Translations under genes and position numbers: made by a program
The notes under the pieces: model-generated
The model's database searches: none
Told to the model about the DNA's origin: nothing
The model's input: the letters and a program-made list of their open reading frames with translations, nothing else
Shown here: one piece after another, positions 27,191-37,346 of the stretch
Position numbering within the stretch: position 1 is the first letter of the stretch
Layout of the letters: each line of letters begins with the position of its first letter
NCBI GenBank assembly: GCA_965222715.1
Contig: OZ244961.1
Span: 76,609 to 140,608 of the forward strand
Reading direction: 5' to 3'
DNA length: 64,000 nt
Source: Minisyncoccota bacterium
GTDB lineage: Bacteria > Patescibacteriota > Minisyncoccia > Phycocordibacterales > JABMNX01

Positions 27191-27907
27191 ATGCACACAT
27201 ATCTTTTTTATGGAAAAATATTACCTGAGCGTGCGCAACTTTCTCTTGAATTTACAATTAATTTTTATCACCCAACAACAAAAAATAAAGGGAATGCAGA
27301 AATAAGTATTGTACTTAATCAGATGGCAACTTCAGTTTATACAGATGATGAATGGAACATTTTTGATTTAAGAAATGTCGTAAAAAATATTATACAAAGT
27401 AATTTGGCAATGATAGGTTATCTTAAGGGCTTTGCTTATGATTTAGAGATAACAAGAGTATTGAATCCTAAACTTAAAATAAATTATGTTTTTGGTATAG
27501 ACATACCAGTTATTGCTGAAAATCGAGAGTCTATAAATATAAAAAAAGAATTAGAGTCTCTTCGAAAGAAAACCCATGGAGAAGCTGGTGTATTTCTTAA
27601 TCGTTGTTTTAAGGATTTTATGTCTGCAATGAAAAATGCAGAGGACACAGGTTTTTATTGTTACAGATCTTTGGAGTCCCTACGTCTTCATTGTGCTCAT
27701 ACAAGTGGATTAATTGATCAAAAAAAAGAAGCACAATGGAATAAATTCAGAGAGATTTCTCAAGTTTCTGAGAATAAACTCCGTGAAATAGAAGTGACTG
27801 CGAGAGGTGTGCGCCATGGAGAAATGGCAAATATAACAGATAGTGATCGTGCGCAAATTTTAAAAAATACCTGGGATATAATCGAGAGTTATATTAAAAG
27901 AATTTAA
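27191..27907 (+). CDS. AT-rich orphan hypothetical protein (~239 aa)
   Basis: Start ATG at 27191 (the ORF-track 5' extension runs through the tRNA genes and is artefactual). Strongly AT-rich relative to neighbours. Contains an R-x4-H (RLHCAH) segment; no firm domain call. Confidence 0.4.
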   Translation: MHTYLFYGKILPERAQLSLEFTINFYHPTTKNKGNAEISIVLNQMATSVYTDDEWNIFDLRNVVKNIIQSNLAMIGYLKGFAYDLEITRVLNPKLKINYVFGIDIPVIAENRESINIKKELESLRKKTHGEAGVFLNRCFKDFMSAMKNAEDTGFYCYRSLESLRLHCAHTSGLIDQKKEAQWNKFREISQVSENKLREIEVTARGVRHGEMANITDSDRAQILKNTWDIIESYIKRI

Positions 27908-28086
27908 TTTTGATTCCCTTGACCCTCACCACTCATTCATATATTATAGGCTCGCTGGGAAGCTCGGCACTTCCAGCTCCTCCGACCGGGACGGGCCCCT
28001 CGACTTACCCCCCCCGAGTCGGGGGGCCCACGCCGCACACTTCTGCTATCCACGCAGGAGTTTTTTATTTCCTCACTTTTTTACCA

Positions 28087-28722
28087 TCACCCCGAAAGCG
28101 CAAGGCACCATACATTTTTCACTCCAGCAGCTGTAAGTGTTTTTCGTGCTTCATGTAAGGTACTACCCGTTGTTACTACATCATCAAGAATAATAATGGG
28201 TGTATTTAGAAACTCAGAAACTCTTTCTGTCGTGGCAAAAACTCCGCGAACATTGTTTCTCCGTTCTTCTTTTTTCCGTATTTCAGTCTGTGGTTTCGTA
28301 TGTCGAACCTTCTTCAGTATATCTTTGCGTATTTCATAGTGACCATATGATTCAAGGACATCGGTTACTACATGTATCTGATTATATCCGCGCTCACGTT
28401 CTCGTTTTTTAGTAAGAGGAAGGGGAATAATACACAGTCGAGATTCATTAAACATTTTTCGTTCAGCACAGTATTCAAGTACATACTCATGCACCATTTC
28501 TCCAAAAAGGCTTGCCACATGTTGATCATGTTTGTATTTCAGCCTCCAAATCATGTGGCGCACGATAGGTTTTTTATATGAAAACAGTATACGCACACCA
28601 TTTCTTTCTTGAGGAGAAAGAAGTGTAGCAAGATCTTCAGCTCTCATGGTGCGTATTTCTTTCTCTAGATCCTTTGGAGGAAAGATAAGATCAAGAAGTG
28701 ATGTGAGAAGAGTGGTGAACAT
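28087..28722 (-). CDS. comF: ComF-family protein (ComFC, phosphoribosyltransferase domain)
   Basis: C-terminal PRTase motif IIILDDVVTTGSTLHEA; typical ComFC size. Confidence 0.7.
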   Translation of the reverse strand: MFTTLLTSLLDLIFPPKDLEKEIRTMRAEDLATLLSPQERNGVRILFSYKKPIVRHMIWRLKYKHDQHVASLFGEMVHEYVLEYCAERKMFNESRLCIIPLPLTKKRERERGYNQIHVVTDVLESYGHYEIRKDILKKVRHTKPQTEIRKKEERRNNVRGVFATTERVSEFLNTPIIILDDVVTTGSTLHEARKTLTAAGVKNVWCLALSG

Positions 28723-28752
28723 AGACGTTATCTACTATAATACCTGCTATAT

Positions 28753-29889
28753 ATGGAAAACCCACTTGATGCGGTGAAAAATTTTATTACCTCATTTACT
28801 TCTCAACGAGATAGTGGCAGTATTTTGGGTATCGACATCGGTTCGTCATCTATCAAAGTAGTGCAGCTCAAGAAAAAACGTGGTGCAGCAGTACTTGAAA
28901 CATATGGTGAGCTCGCGGTTGGACCTTATATGGACCTTGACGTTGGTCGGGCCGCAGCGCTTCCTCCTCAAAAATTGACTGAAGCCCTCAGTGATATTCT
29001 GAACGAAGCAAATGTCACCACAAAATCGTGCGGCGTCTCAATTCCTTTTAGTTCAAGTCTCATTTCAGTAATGTCGCTTCCTAATGTTGACGATGACCAG
29101 CTGGCAAAGATGATTCCTATTGAAGCGCGTAAATACATTCCGGTACCCATCTCAGAGGTGACACTTGACTGGTTTATTATTCCTGAGCAAGAACAAAAGT
29201 ATCTTTCACGAGAAGAGGGTGACAAAGAGGAACAGAATCAAAACAAGAAAGATGTCTTACTTGTTGCAATACATAATGAGGTGTTGAACCGATATCGTGA
29301 TGTGCTTAATAATATAGGTTTGAATGTGTCGTTTTATGAAATAGAAATTTTTGCGACGATTCGTGCCTCTGTGGGGCAGGGCATTGATCCGATTATGGTT
29401 GTTGATATTGGTGCTGCCTCAACAAAAGTCTACATTGTTGAGTTTGGTATTGTGAAAAGTTCTCACCTTATTAATAAAGGTTCGCAAGATATTACACTCG
29501 CGCTCTCTCGTTCGCTTGATATGAGTGTGACAAAAGCAGAACGAATCAAACGTGAGTCAGGAATGCTCGGTACAGGCGAAGGTGCACAAGCAAAAGAAAC
29601 GATTTTATTAACACTCGATTATATATTTTCAGAAGCGAATAGGGTACTATTAAATTATCAGCGAAAGTACAATCGAACAGTGCAGAATGTTGTCTTCACT
29701 GGAGGTGGTTCAGTACTGAAAGGGCTGCAAGAAGAGGCAAACACACGATTCGATACGGAGGTCGTCGTTGCTGATCCATTTGCAAAAACGCAAACACCAG
29801 CATTTCTTGAAGAAGTACTAAAAGAAGTTGGTCCAGAATTCTCGGTTGCTGTTGGTCTTGCGTTACGAAAACTCCAAGAACTGAGATAA
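28753..29889 (+). CDS. pilM: Type IV pilus assembly protein PilM (actin-like ATPase)
   Basis: GIDIGSSSIKVVQL N-terminal actin-fold motif; first gene of a pilMNO-pilB array. Confidence 0.8.
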   Translation: MENPLDAVKNFITSFTSQRDSGSILGIDIGSSSIKVVQLKKKRGAAVLETYGELAVGPYMDLDVGRAAALPPQKLTEALSDILNEANVTTKSCGVSIPFSSSLISVMSLPNVDDDQLAKMIPIEARKYIPVPISEVTLDWFIIPEQEQKYLSREEGDKEEQNQNKKDVLLVAIHNEVLNRYRDVLNNIGLNVSFYEIEIFATIRASVGQGIDPIMVVDIGAASTKVYIVEFGIVKSSHLINKGSQDITLALSRSLDMSVTKAERIKRESGMLGTGEGAQAKETILLTLDYIFSEANRVLLNYQRKYNRTVQNVVFTGGGSVLKGLQEEANTRFDTEVVVADPFAKTQTPAFLEEVLKEVGPEFSVAVGLALRKLQELR

Positions 29890-29906
29890 TACACACTATA
29901 TAGTAT

Positions 29907-30554
29907 ATGGAGCCGAAATTTCGGAAATCATTTATACCAAAACAGACACTACAGACTTCTGGGTCGAGGCGTTCATCCTCAGGAGCTAAGCCCTTTGGTA
30001 TTATCACGCTCATTGCTCTCATTCTTGCACTCGGAGCGATTGTACTCTCGGTAGGTGCATTTCTCTATCAACAACTACTTGAGGGGGGCATTACCAGAAA
30101 AGGTGAGACCCTTGAACGAGCGCGCGAGGCATTTGAGCCAGCACTTATTGAAGAATTGGTTCGAGTTGATGAACGACTGGAAAATGCAGAAGATATCCTC
30201 GCTTCCCATGTGGCACTTTCTGCGTTTTTTGAAGAGCTTGAAGATCGAACACTCAAAAGTGTGCGTTTTGAAGACTTTAACTTAACGCGAGTAAGTGATG
30301 ACCGTATTAATATCTCAATGCGTGGAGTCGCAGATGATTTTAACGGCATTGCACTTCAAGCTGATATTTTTGGTAAGAGTAAAGTTATTCGTGAACCAAT
30401 TTTTTCTAACCTCAATATAAATCAAGAGGGGCGTGCGGTGTTTCAAATGACTGCATTCGTTGACCAATCATCAACCAGTTTTACCAGTCAGGTCGATAGT
30501 GGTGCCTTTCAACGGTCGATACAGGGTGTAGAAGCTGAAGGAAGTTCTAATTAA
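29907..30554 (+). CDS. pilN: PilN-like bitopic membrane protein
   Basis: Single TM (FGIITLIALILALGAIVLSV) followed by a coiled-coil/periplasmic domain; position after pilM. Confidence 0.5.
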   Translation: MEPKFRKSFIPKQTLQTSGSRRSSSGAKPFGIITLIALILALGAIVLSVGAFLYQQLLEGGITRKGETLERAREAFEPALIEELVRVDERLENAEDILASHVALSAFFEELEDRTLKSVRFEDFNLTRVSDDRINISMRGVADDFNGIALQADIFGKSKVIREPIFSNLNINQEGRAVFQMTAFVDQSSTSFTSQVDSGAFQRSIQGVEAEGSSN

Positions 30555-30560
30555 TACACT

Positions 30561-31100
30561 ATGATTCGTCTTTTTGTTCCAATCTTACTCGTCGGCGTCG
30601 CACTCGGATTGTTTTTTGGGTATATCGACCCAACGTACACAAAAATTAAAACATTACAGGCTGAAGAAGCACGTTTTGACCAAGCGCTTGAGCAGTCGCG
30701 AGAATTACAATCAGTTCGTGACTCGCTTCTCTCTCGGTACAACACATTTCCTACTGGAGAATTACGTCGTCTAGAAAAGATGCTTCCTGATAACGTTGAT
30801 AATGTTCGACTTATTCTTGATATTGATAGCATGGCAGCGCGCTACAATATGCGAACCCGTAACGTCACCATTTCAGGTGCAAATGGTGAGGAAAATGAAG
30901 TGATTGGAGGTAATCAGGGTGCGGTTGGTTCTGTTATTTTAAGTTTCTCTGTTGCAGCTGAGTATGACAACTTCCTTCGTTTCTTACGCGACCTAGAACA
31001 GAGCTTACGTATTGTTGATTTGGTCGGCTTGTCATTTGATTCATCAGAAGGTGACGCATACACCTTTAATGTTAGCTTAAAAACCTATTGGTTGAAGTAA
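30561..31100 (+). CDS. pilO: PilO-like bitopic membrane protein
   Basis: N-terminal TM, coiled coil, position between pilN and pilB. Confidence 0.45.
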   Translation: MIRLFVPILLVGVALGLFFGYIDPTYTKIKTLQAEEARFDQALEQSRELQSVRDSLLSRYNTFPTGELRRLEKMLPDNVDNVRLILDIDSMAARYNMRTRNVTISGANGEENEVIGGNQGAVGSVILSFSVAAEYDNFLRFLRDLEQSLRIVDLVGLSFDSSEGDAYTFNVSLKTYWLK

Positions 31101-31104
31101 TACT

Positions 31105-31422
31105 ATGAATGAATTACTACAAAAATACAAAAACCCTCTCATCGTCCTTGGCGTTGTTGTTGTCGCATTTTTTATTTATTCAGCATTCTTTGGTGGTGGA
31201 AGCAGTAGCCCGAATGTACTGACTTCACAGACTCCTCAAAATCAAGTTGCTGGTAACAGTGAATTACTTACCCTTCTCCTTAACTTACGTTCGATCACCT
31301 TAGATGAATCACTTTTCGGTGATCCAGCATTTGATGCACTTATTGATTTTGGTCAAGAGTTAAGCCCTGAACCAACAGGAAGAGAGAATCCATTTTCTCC
31401 GGTTGGTTCAGACGCTATTTAA
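31105..31422 (+). CDS. Small bitopic membrane protein in pilus operon (PilP-like?)
   Basis: One TM helix (LIVLGVVVVAFFIYSAFF); operon context only. Confidence 0.3.
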   Translation: MNELLQKYKNPLIVLGVVVVAFFIYSAFFGGGSSSPNVLTSQTPQNQVAGNSELLTLLLNLRSITLDESLFGDPAFDALIDFGQELSPEPTGRENPFSPVGSDAI

Positions 31423-31435
31423 TTAATTTTGTGGT

Positions 31436-33220
31436 ATGGATTTACTTTCTGCCCTCGTTGAACGAAATATTATTGACAGCACAGAGATTCAAGCAATACA
31501 ACAAGAAGTACAAACTGGGGCTGAGACAATTGAAGATGCATTGGTAAAACGGGGAATCTCACCTGAAGATATTTTGAGCATTAAAGGTGAGATACTCAAT
31601 GTGCCAACTCGGGTCGTTGAAGAAACTATCCCGTTTGAAGTTTTGAAATATATTCCAGAAGATTCGGCGACGCACTACAGTTTTGTACCGCTCGGAGTTT
31701 CAGATGGGGTGCTTGAAGTGGGTGTTGTTGATCCGGATAATATGGAAGCGCTTGATGCACTTAATTTTATCTCTTCAAAAATAAATCTTCCGTATAAAGT
31801 ATTTTTAATATCAGAAGCTGACCTGAAGAGAGTGCTTGCCATGTACAAAGGTCTCACTGGTGAGGTCAATAAAGCGCTTTCAGAGCTCGAAACAGAATTA
31901 TCTGATGATCTGAAAAAGATTGGTACAGATGAAGAAGGAGACGACGAGTCAGAGATAGGAACTGTTGATGCGCCGGACAGTGCCACGCATATTATTGAGG
32001 ACGCACCAGTAACAAAGATTGTTGCAACCGTACTTGGATACGCTGTTGATGGGCGAGCATCCGACATTCACATTGAGCATGCCGGGGATAAGGTTAAAGT
32101 CCGATTTCGTGTTGATGGTGAGTTGAGTACTCGACTACTTCTCCCTAAGAATGTCCACCGTGCGGTAGTTGCGCGTATTAAAATACTCTCATCAATGCGA
32201 CTTGATGAGCGTCGAAAGCCACAAGATGGACGCTTCTCAACAAAGATAAAAGGAAGGAAGGTTGATTTTCGTGTCTCAACATTCCCCACATACCATGGTG
32301 AGAAGGTGGTAATGCGTATCTTAGATCAGTCGCAAGGACTCTACACACTTGAAGAGATTGGATTTCAAAAAGATCATCTTGAAATGGTACGACGTGCGGT
32401 GAAAAAGCCATTCGGCATGATTCTCATTTCAGGACCAACTGGTTCAGGTAAGAGTACAACACTCTACGCCATGCTTAATGAACTCGATAAAGAAACCCGA
32501 AACGTGCTTTCTCTTGAAGATCCGGTTGAGTACAACATGCCAGGTGTGAGCCAATCTCAAGTGCGTCCAGAGATTGGGTACACATTTGCGACCGGTCTTC
32601 GTACCACACTTCGTCAAGACCCCGACGTTATTATGGTGGGTGAGATACGAGACAAAGAGACAGCACAGCTTGCGGTTCAGGCTGCGCTTACTGGACACCT
32701 CGTACTCTCAACTATTCACACCAATGATGCTGTTGGTGTTATTCCACGACTTCTCGATATGGAAGTTGATCCATTCCTTGTTGCACCAACACTTGTTCTT
32801 ACCATTGCACAACGTCTTACCAGAAAACTGTGTGACGGCCCAACAACACCTATTGCTGTTGATGGTAGTCTCAAGCTCATGATTGATAATCAGTTTAGCG
32901 ACCTTCCAGCAGAAGTTAAAAAGAATTTACCGAAGATTGATACGCTACATGAGGCTAAGGCTACAGAAGAATGCCCAAGTGGTACACGGGGCCGTATCGG
33001 AGTCTTTGAAATGTTTGAAATGAATAAAGAAATTGAAAAGGTAATACTAGACAATCCAGTTGAAACAGATATTTATAATATTGCACGCAAGAACGGTATG
33101 TTGACGATGAAGGAAGATGCGATCATTAAATCAACTCAAAAATTGGTGCCATTTAAAGAAGTGAATACATTAGGTGGTGTGTTATTAAAAGACGACCCGA
33201 GTGAAGAAGACACTGTATGA
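31436..33220 (+). CDS. pilB: Type IV pilus assembly ATPase PilB (GspE family)
   Basis: N-terminal GSPII_E N domain, Walker A ISGPTGSGKSTTLYA, Asp/His boxes, zinc tetracysteine region. Confidence 0.9.
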   Translation: MDLLSALVERNIIDSTEIQAIQQEVQTGAETIEDALVKRGISPEDILSIKGEILNVPTRVVEETIPFEVLKYIPEDSATHYSFVPLGVSDGVLEVGVVDPDNMEALDALNFISSKINLPYKVFLISEADLKRVLAMYKGLTGEVNKALSELETELSDDLKKIGTDEEGDDESEIGTVDAPDSATHIIEDAPVTKIVATVLGYAVDGRASDIHIEHAGDKVKVRFRVDGELSTRLLLPKNVHRAVVARIKILSSMRLDERRKPQDGRFSTKIKGRKVDFRVSTFPTYHGEKVVMRILDQSQGLYTLEEIGFQKDHLEMVRRAVKKPFGMILISGPTGSGKSTTLYAMLNELDKETRNVLSLEDPVEYNMPGVSQSQVRPEIGYTFATGLRTTLRQDPDVIMVGEIRDKETAQLAVQAALTGHLVLSTIHTNDAVGVIPRLLDMEVDPFLVAPTLVLTIAQRLTRKLCDGPTTPIAVDGSLKLMIDNQFSDLPAEVKKNLPKIDTLHEAKATEECPSGTRGRIGVFEMFEMNKEIEKVILDNPVETDIYNIARKNGMLTMKEDAIIKSTQKLVPFKEVNTLGGVLLKDDPSEEDTV

Positions 33221-33612
33221 ATGCTGTAGATACACAACCAATTCTGCTTGTGGATGATGACAAGTTTTTGCTTGATATGTACAGCACAAAGTTTCGTGAA
33301 GAAGGGAAGGTTGTCGAGGTGTGTTTTGGTGGCGCTGAAGCTCTTGAGAAACTTCGTGAAGGTCTTAAGCCTGTTGCCGTTATACTTGATGTAGTGATGC
33401 CGAACCCCGATGGTCTTGAAGTGTTAGAAACCATAAAGAAGGAGAAGCTTGGAGGAGACCCAATGGTTATCATGCTTTCAAACCAGGGCGAGCAAAGAGA
33501 TATCAATCGAGCAAAAGAACTTGGTGCAGATGGATACATTGTGAAAGCAAGTGCAATTCCATCCGAGGTATTAGAGCAAGTTGATGCTATTATAAAAGGT
33601 ACACAAAAATAA
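33217..33612 (+). CDS. Single-domain response regulator (CheY-like receiver)
   Basis: LLVDDD..., phospho-acceptor Asp in VAVILDVVMP, conserved Lys near the C-terminus (DGYIVKASAIP). Confidence 0.75.
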   Translation: MNAVDTQPILLVDDDKFLLDMYSTKFREEGKVVEVCFGGAEALEKLREGLKPVAVILDVVMPNPDGLEVLETIKKEKLGGDPMVIMLSNQGEQRDINRAKELGADGYIVKASAIPSEVLEQVDAIIKGTQK

Positions 33613-33620
33613 CGTAACGT

Positions 33621-34682
33621 ATGGAATATAGTACACAGATAAAAACACTACTAGATCGACTGGTAAAAGAAGGCGGCTCTGACCTCCACCTTTCAGCTGG
33701 AGTGTACCCAGCAATCCGTGTCTCCGGATCTTTAGTGCCTCTCTCAGACATGCCGATTCTTACCAAAGAAGATACGCTCGGGCTCATCTCAGAACTCCTT
33801 AATGAAGAGCAACGAAGTGAATTTCTTACAAACCAAGAAATAGACTTTTCATACACCTTTGGTGAGAAAATGCGACTTCGGGGAAATGGCTTTTTTCAGA
33901 GAGGTTCAGTAAGTGTCGCTCTGAGACTCATACCAAATAAAATTCAAACACTTGAAGAGCTTAACTTACCAACGTCATTGTATGAATTTGCACGTCGGCA
34001 ACAAGGATTCTTTTTGGTGGTTGGCCCAGTAGGACAGGGAAAATCAACAACTCTCGCATCACTACTTGAATCAATTAATCAAGAACGACCCGAGCATATT
34101 GTGACCATTGAAGATCCAATTGAGTATGTGTTTGAACAAAAAAAATCAATTATTGATCAACGAGAGGTGCGTATTGATACAAAAGATTTTGCGACCGCAC
34201 TAAAGTCAGTTTTTCGACAAGATGTTGATGTCATTATGATTGGTGAGATGCGAGGTCCTGAAACCATGGCAGCAGCGGTTACTGCTGCTGAGACCGGGCA
34301 CTTAGTTTTCTCCACTCTCCATACTAATAATGCTGCTCAGACAATTGATCGTATCATTGATACATTCCCTGCAGGTCAACAAGATCAAATTAGAATTCAA
34401 CTCTCTGTCTCTCTTGCTGGTATTTTCTCACAACGACTTATACCGCGAGTGTCAGGTGGACTCATTCCAGCGTATGAACTTCTTATTAATAACAAAGCGG
34501 TTGCAAACCTTATCCGGGAAAAACGCACGCACGAGGTTAATACGGTAATTGAAACAGGGTCTGACGAGGGTATGGTTGATATGAATCGTTCACTTGCTGA
34601 TTTGGTGCGTAGAGGTGAGGTCTCGGTTGAAAATGCGTACGCTCGTTCGCTCAACCCGCAAGTATTAGAGAAATTCTTATAA
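33621..34682 (+). CDS. pilT: Twitching motility / pilus retraction ATPase PilT
   Basis: Walker A VVGPVGQGKSTTLAS, HIVTIEDPIEYVF, and a PilT-sized (~350 aa) hexameric ATPase. Confidence 0.9.
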   Translation: MEYSTQIKTLLDRLVKEGGSDLHLSAGVYPAIRVSGSLVPLSDMPILTKEDTLGLISELLNEEQRSEFLTNQEIDFSYTFGEKMRLRGNGFFQRGSVSVALRLIPNKIQTLEELNLPTSLYEFARRQQGFFLVVGPVGQGKSTTLASLLESINQERPEHIVTIEDPIEYVFEQKKSIIDQREVRIDTKDFATALKSVFRQDVDVIMIGEMRGPETMAAAVTAAETGHLVFSTLHTNNAAQTIDRIIDTFPAGQQDQIRIQLSVSLAGIFSQRLIPRVSGGLIPAYELLINNKAVANLIREKRTHEVNTVIETGSDEGMVDMNRSLADLVRRGEVSVENAYARSLNPQVLEKFL

Positions 34683-34689
34683 TAGTTTT

Positions 34690-35898
34690 ATGCTTTTTAA
34701 CTATAACGTCATCGATCAACAAGGAAGTAAGCAGTCGGGAAGTATCGACGCGATTAATATTGATGTTGCTATCAGCTCGTTACAACGCCGTGGCTTCACC
34801 ATCTCATCAATTAATCCGGCAGGAGAAGAGACAAGTATATTTAAAAAAGAGATCACCATCTTTCAGACGGTTTCAAACAAAGAGGTGGTTATTCTCTCTC
34901 GACAGATCGCGACTCTTTTTGAAGCACAAGTCTCAGCGCTTCGTGTCTTTCGACTGCTTTCTTCAGAAATGGAGAATCCTAAACTTCAACAAGTGCTCAC
35001 GACTGTTGCTGACGATCTTCAAGGAGGAGGAACTATTTCAAACGCGCTAGGCAAGCACCCAAAGGTATTTTCTTCTTTTTATGTTGGTATGGTCCGGGCG
35101 GGCGAAGAGTCTGGGCAACTTGATAAAACGTTCTCATTTCTTGCTGACTATCTTGATCGAACCTATGAGGTAAGTATGAAGGCGCGTAACGCGCTCATTT
35201 ATCCTGCCTTTGTTATTACCACCTTTGTGGTGGTGATGATTCTGATGCTCACTTTGGTTATTCCACGGTTAAGTGCGATTTTGCTTGAGTCCGGGCAAGC
35301 TATTCCGATTTATACCCAAATTGTTATTGGTTTAAGTAATTTCCTCATAAATTACGGAATATTCTTTCTCATTTTAGTGGTGATTGGTGGTTTCTTCGTG
35401 TGGCGTTTTCTTCAGACCCCTCGAGGTAGACGGTCATTAGCTGAGTTCCAACTTGCAGTACCATACATTGGTGAGTTATATCGAAAACTCTATCTATCTC
35501 GTATTTCTGATAACTTAAACACCATGCTTTCAAGTGGTATTCAAATGGTACGAGCGGTTGAGATTACCTCAACGGTTGTCGGGAACGCTTTGTATGAAGA
35601 AAAACTTGAGGAAGTGCTTGAAAAAATTAAAGGAGGAACACAGCTCTCAGAAGCACTAAGTGAACATCCTGAATTTCCAGGTATTTTTGTGCAAATGATG
35701 AAGGTGGGAGAAGAAAGTGGTGAGTTGGGAAGTATTCTTAATACCCTTGCTAAATTCTATCGGCGTGAGGTTAATGGTGCGGTAGACACCCTTGTTAACC
35801 TTATTGAGCCGGTCATGATCGTTGTTCTCGGTCTTGGTGTCGGTTTTCTCCTTGCGTCAGTATTGATACCGATTTACAACATTTCTGCAGCTATTTAA
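34690..35898 (+). CDS. pilC: Type IV pilus platform protein PilC (GspF family)
   Basis: Two GspF (T2SSF) repeats and three TM segments. Confidence 0.85.
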   Translation: MLFNYNVIDQQGSKQSGSIDAINIDVAISSLQRRGFTISSINPAGEETSIFKKEITIFQTVSNKEVVILSRQIATLFEAQVSALRVFRLLSSEMENPKLQQVLTTVADDLQGGGTISNALGKHPKVFSSFYVGMVRAGEESGQLDKTFSFLADYLDRTYEVSMKARNALIYPAFVITTFVVVMILMLTLVIPRLSAILLESGQAIPIYTQIVIGLSNFLINYGIFFLILVVIGGFFVWRFLQTPRGRRSLAEFQLAVPYIGELYRKLYLSRISDNLNTMLSSGIQMVRAVEITSTVVGNALYEEKLEEVLEKIKGGTQLSEALSEHPEFPGIFVQMMKVGEESGELGSILNTLAKFYRREVNGAVDTLVNLIEPVMIVVLGLGVGFLLASVLIPIYNISAAI

Positions 35899-36017
35899 TA
35901 CTTATCCACACACTCTGTTACTCAGGGTAGTGCTAAAGAATTATACTGTACAGTAACAACATTGTAGTGTATTCTTTAAACTATACTGCAAGTATATAAA
36001 CATTTTACTTTTTAGAT

Positions 36018-36470
36018 ATGATTCATAAAAAACATACACAGCGAGGATTTACACTCATTGAGTTGCTCGTGGTAATTGCCATCATTGGTATTCTTTCATC
36101 TGTTGTGTTGGCGTCACTCAACAGTGCCCGTGAAAAGTCGAGAGACGCACGACGTATTTCAGACATTAAGCAAATTCAACTTGCACTTGAGCTCTACTTT
36201 GATTCAAACGCTGCATACCCAACGACAACAACATCACTTGCACCAAGTTATATTGCAACGAACCCAACAGACCCAACAACGGGTTCAGCGTATTCGTACG
36301 CTGCACTTGGTTCTGGTTCAACCTGTTCAAGTTACCACCTCGGTGCAACACTTGAGAATGCTTCACACAGTGCCCTTAGTTCAGACATTGATGCAGCAGC
36401 CGGGACTGCGTGCACTGGTAGTGCCTCTGACTTTGCGGGAACCGATCCGATCTACGACGTAAAACCGTAA
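36018..36470 (+). CDS. pilA: Type IV pilin (prepilin with N-terminal methylation motif)
   Basis: RGFTLIELLVVIAIIGILSSVVLASL prepilin cleavage/methylation site. Confidence 0.8.
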   Translation: MIHKKHTQRGFTLIELLVVIAIIGILSSVVLASLNSAREKSRDARRISDIKQIQLALELYFDSNAAYPTTTTSLAPSYIATNPTDPTTGSAYSYAALGSGSTCSSYHLGATLENASHSALSSDIDAAAGTACTGSASDFAGTDPIYDVKP

Positions 36471-36524
36471 TCACTTATCTCCTAAAGTTATAGTAAACAC
36501 CTCGTACATCGAGGTGTTTCTATT

Positions 36525-37346
36525 TTGAGGTATACTGATTGTTGTATGAACATACTCCTTGGTTTTTTTGTTTTTATATTTGGTGCAATTATTGGTAGTT
36601 TCCTTAATGTGGTGTCACTTCGCTTTAATACGGGGAAAGACTTCTACACTCCTTCATCATGTCAATCATGTGGAGTAAGACTTCGGTGGTATGAGTTACT
36701 TCCTATTCTTTCATTTCTATTTCAAAAAGGGAGATGTCGATCCTGTAATAGTAGCGTTTCACTACAATACCCACTTGTAGAAGGGGTAACTGGACTTATT
36801 TTTTTAGCACTCTTTCTTACGCCGATGTCACTCTATGATGCACTTATACTTGCAGTTATTACGTCACTATTAATTGTTATTGCAGTCTATGATATTCGCC
36901 ACAGCATTGTTCCGAACACATTAGTGTACATGTTTATTCTTATTTCGTTCCTTCTTTTATTTTTTGATACTTCACTAGTAACATTTTCATATCCTTCTTT
37001 CTCTGCGTTTATAGCTGGGCCGGTACTGGCACTCCCTATATGGCTACTGTGGCATGTCTCTTCAGGTCGATGGATTGGTTTAGGTGATGCCAAATTATTT
37101 CTTGGAGTCGGGTGGTTTCTCGGTTTATATGAAGGAATTTCAGCTTTTATTATCTCTTTTTGGATAGGGGCTGCTTTTGGCATATTACTTATCTTTGCTC
37201 GGTATATTTCACGAACAACTCAATTGAATTTAGGCACAAAACCGCTTACAATTAAAAACGAGATACCATTTGCACCGTTTATTATTGCAAGTTTTCTGAT
37301 TGTCGCTCTCTACAATATTAATATAATCACCTTTCTACTTATATAA
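36525..37346 (+). CDS. pilD: Prepilin peptidase (A24 family) PilD
   Basis: Tetracysteine CQSCGVRL...CRSCNSSV motif, catalytic Asp segments (AVYDIRHSIVPN, GLGDAKLFLGVG), multiple TM helices. Confidence 0.8.
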   Translation: MRYTDCCMNILLGFFVFIFGAIIGSFLNVVSLRFNTGKDFYTPSSCQSCGVRLRWYELLPILSFLFQKGRCRSCNSSVSLQYPLVEGVTGLIFLALFLTPMSLYDALILAVITSLLIVIAVYDIRHSIVPNTLVYMFILISFLLLFFDTSLVTFSYPSFSAFIAGPVLALPIWLLWHVSSGRWIGLGDAKLFLGVGWFLGLYEGISAFIISFWIGAAFGILLIFARYISRTTQLNLGTKPLTIKNEIPFAPFIIASFLIVALYNINIITFLLI

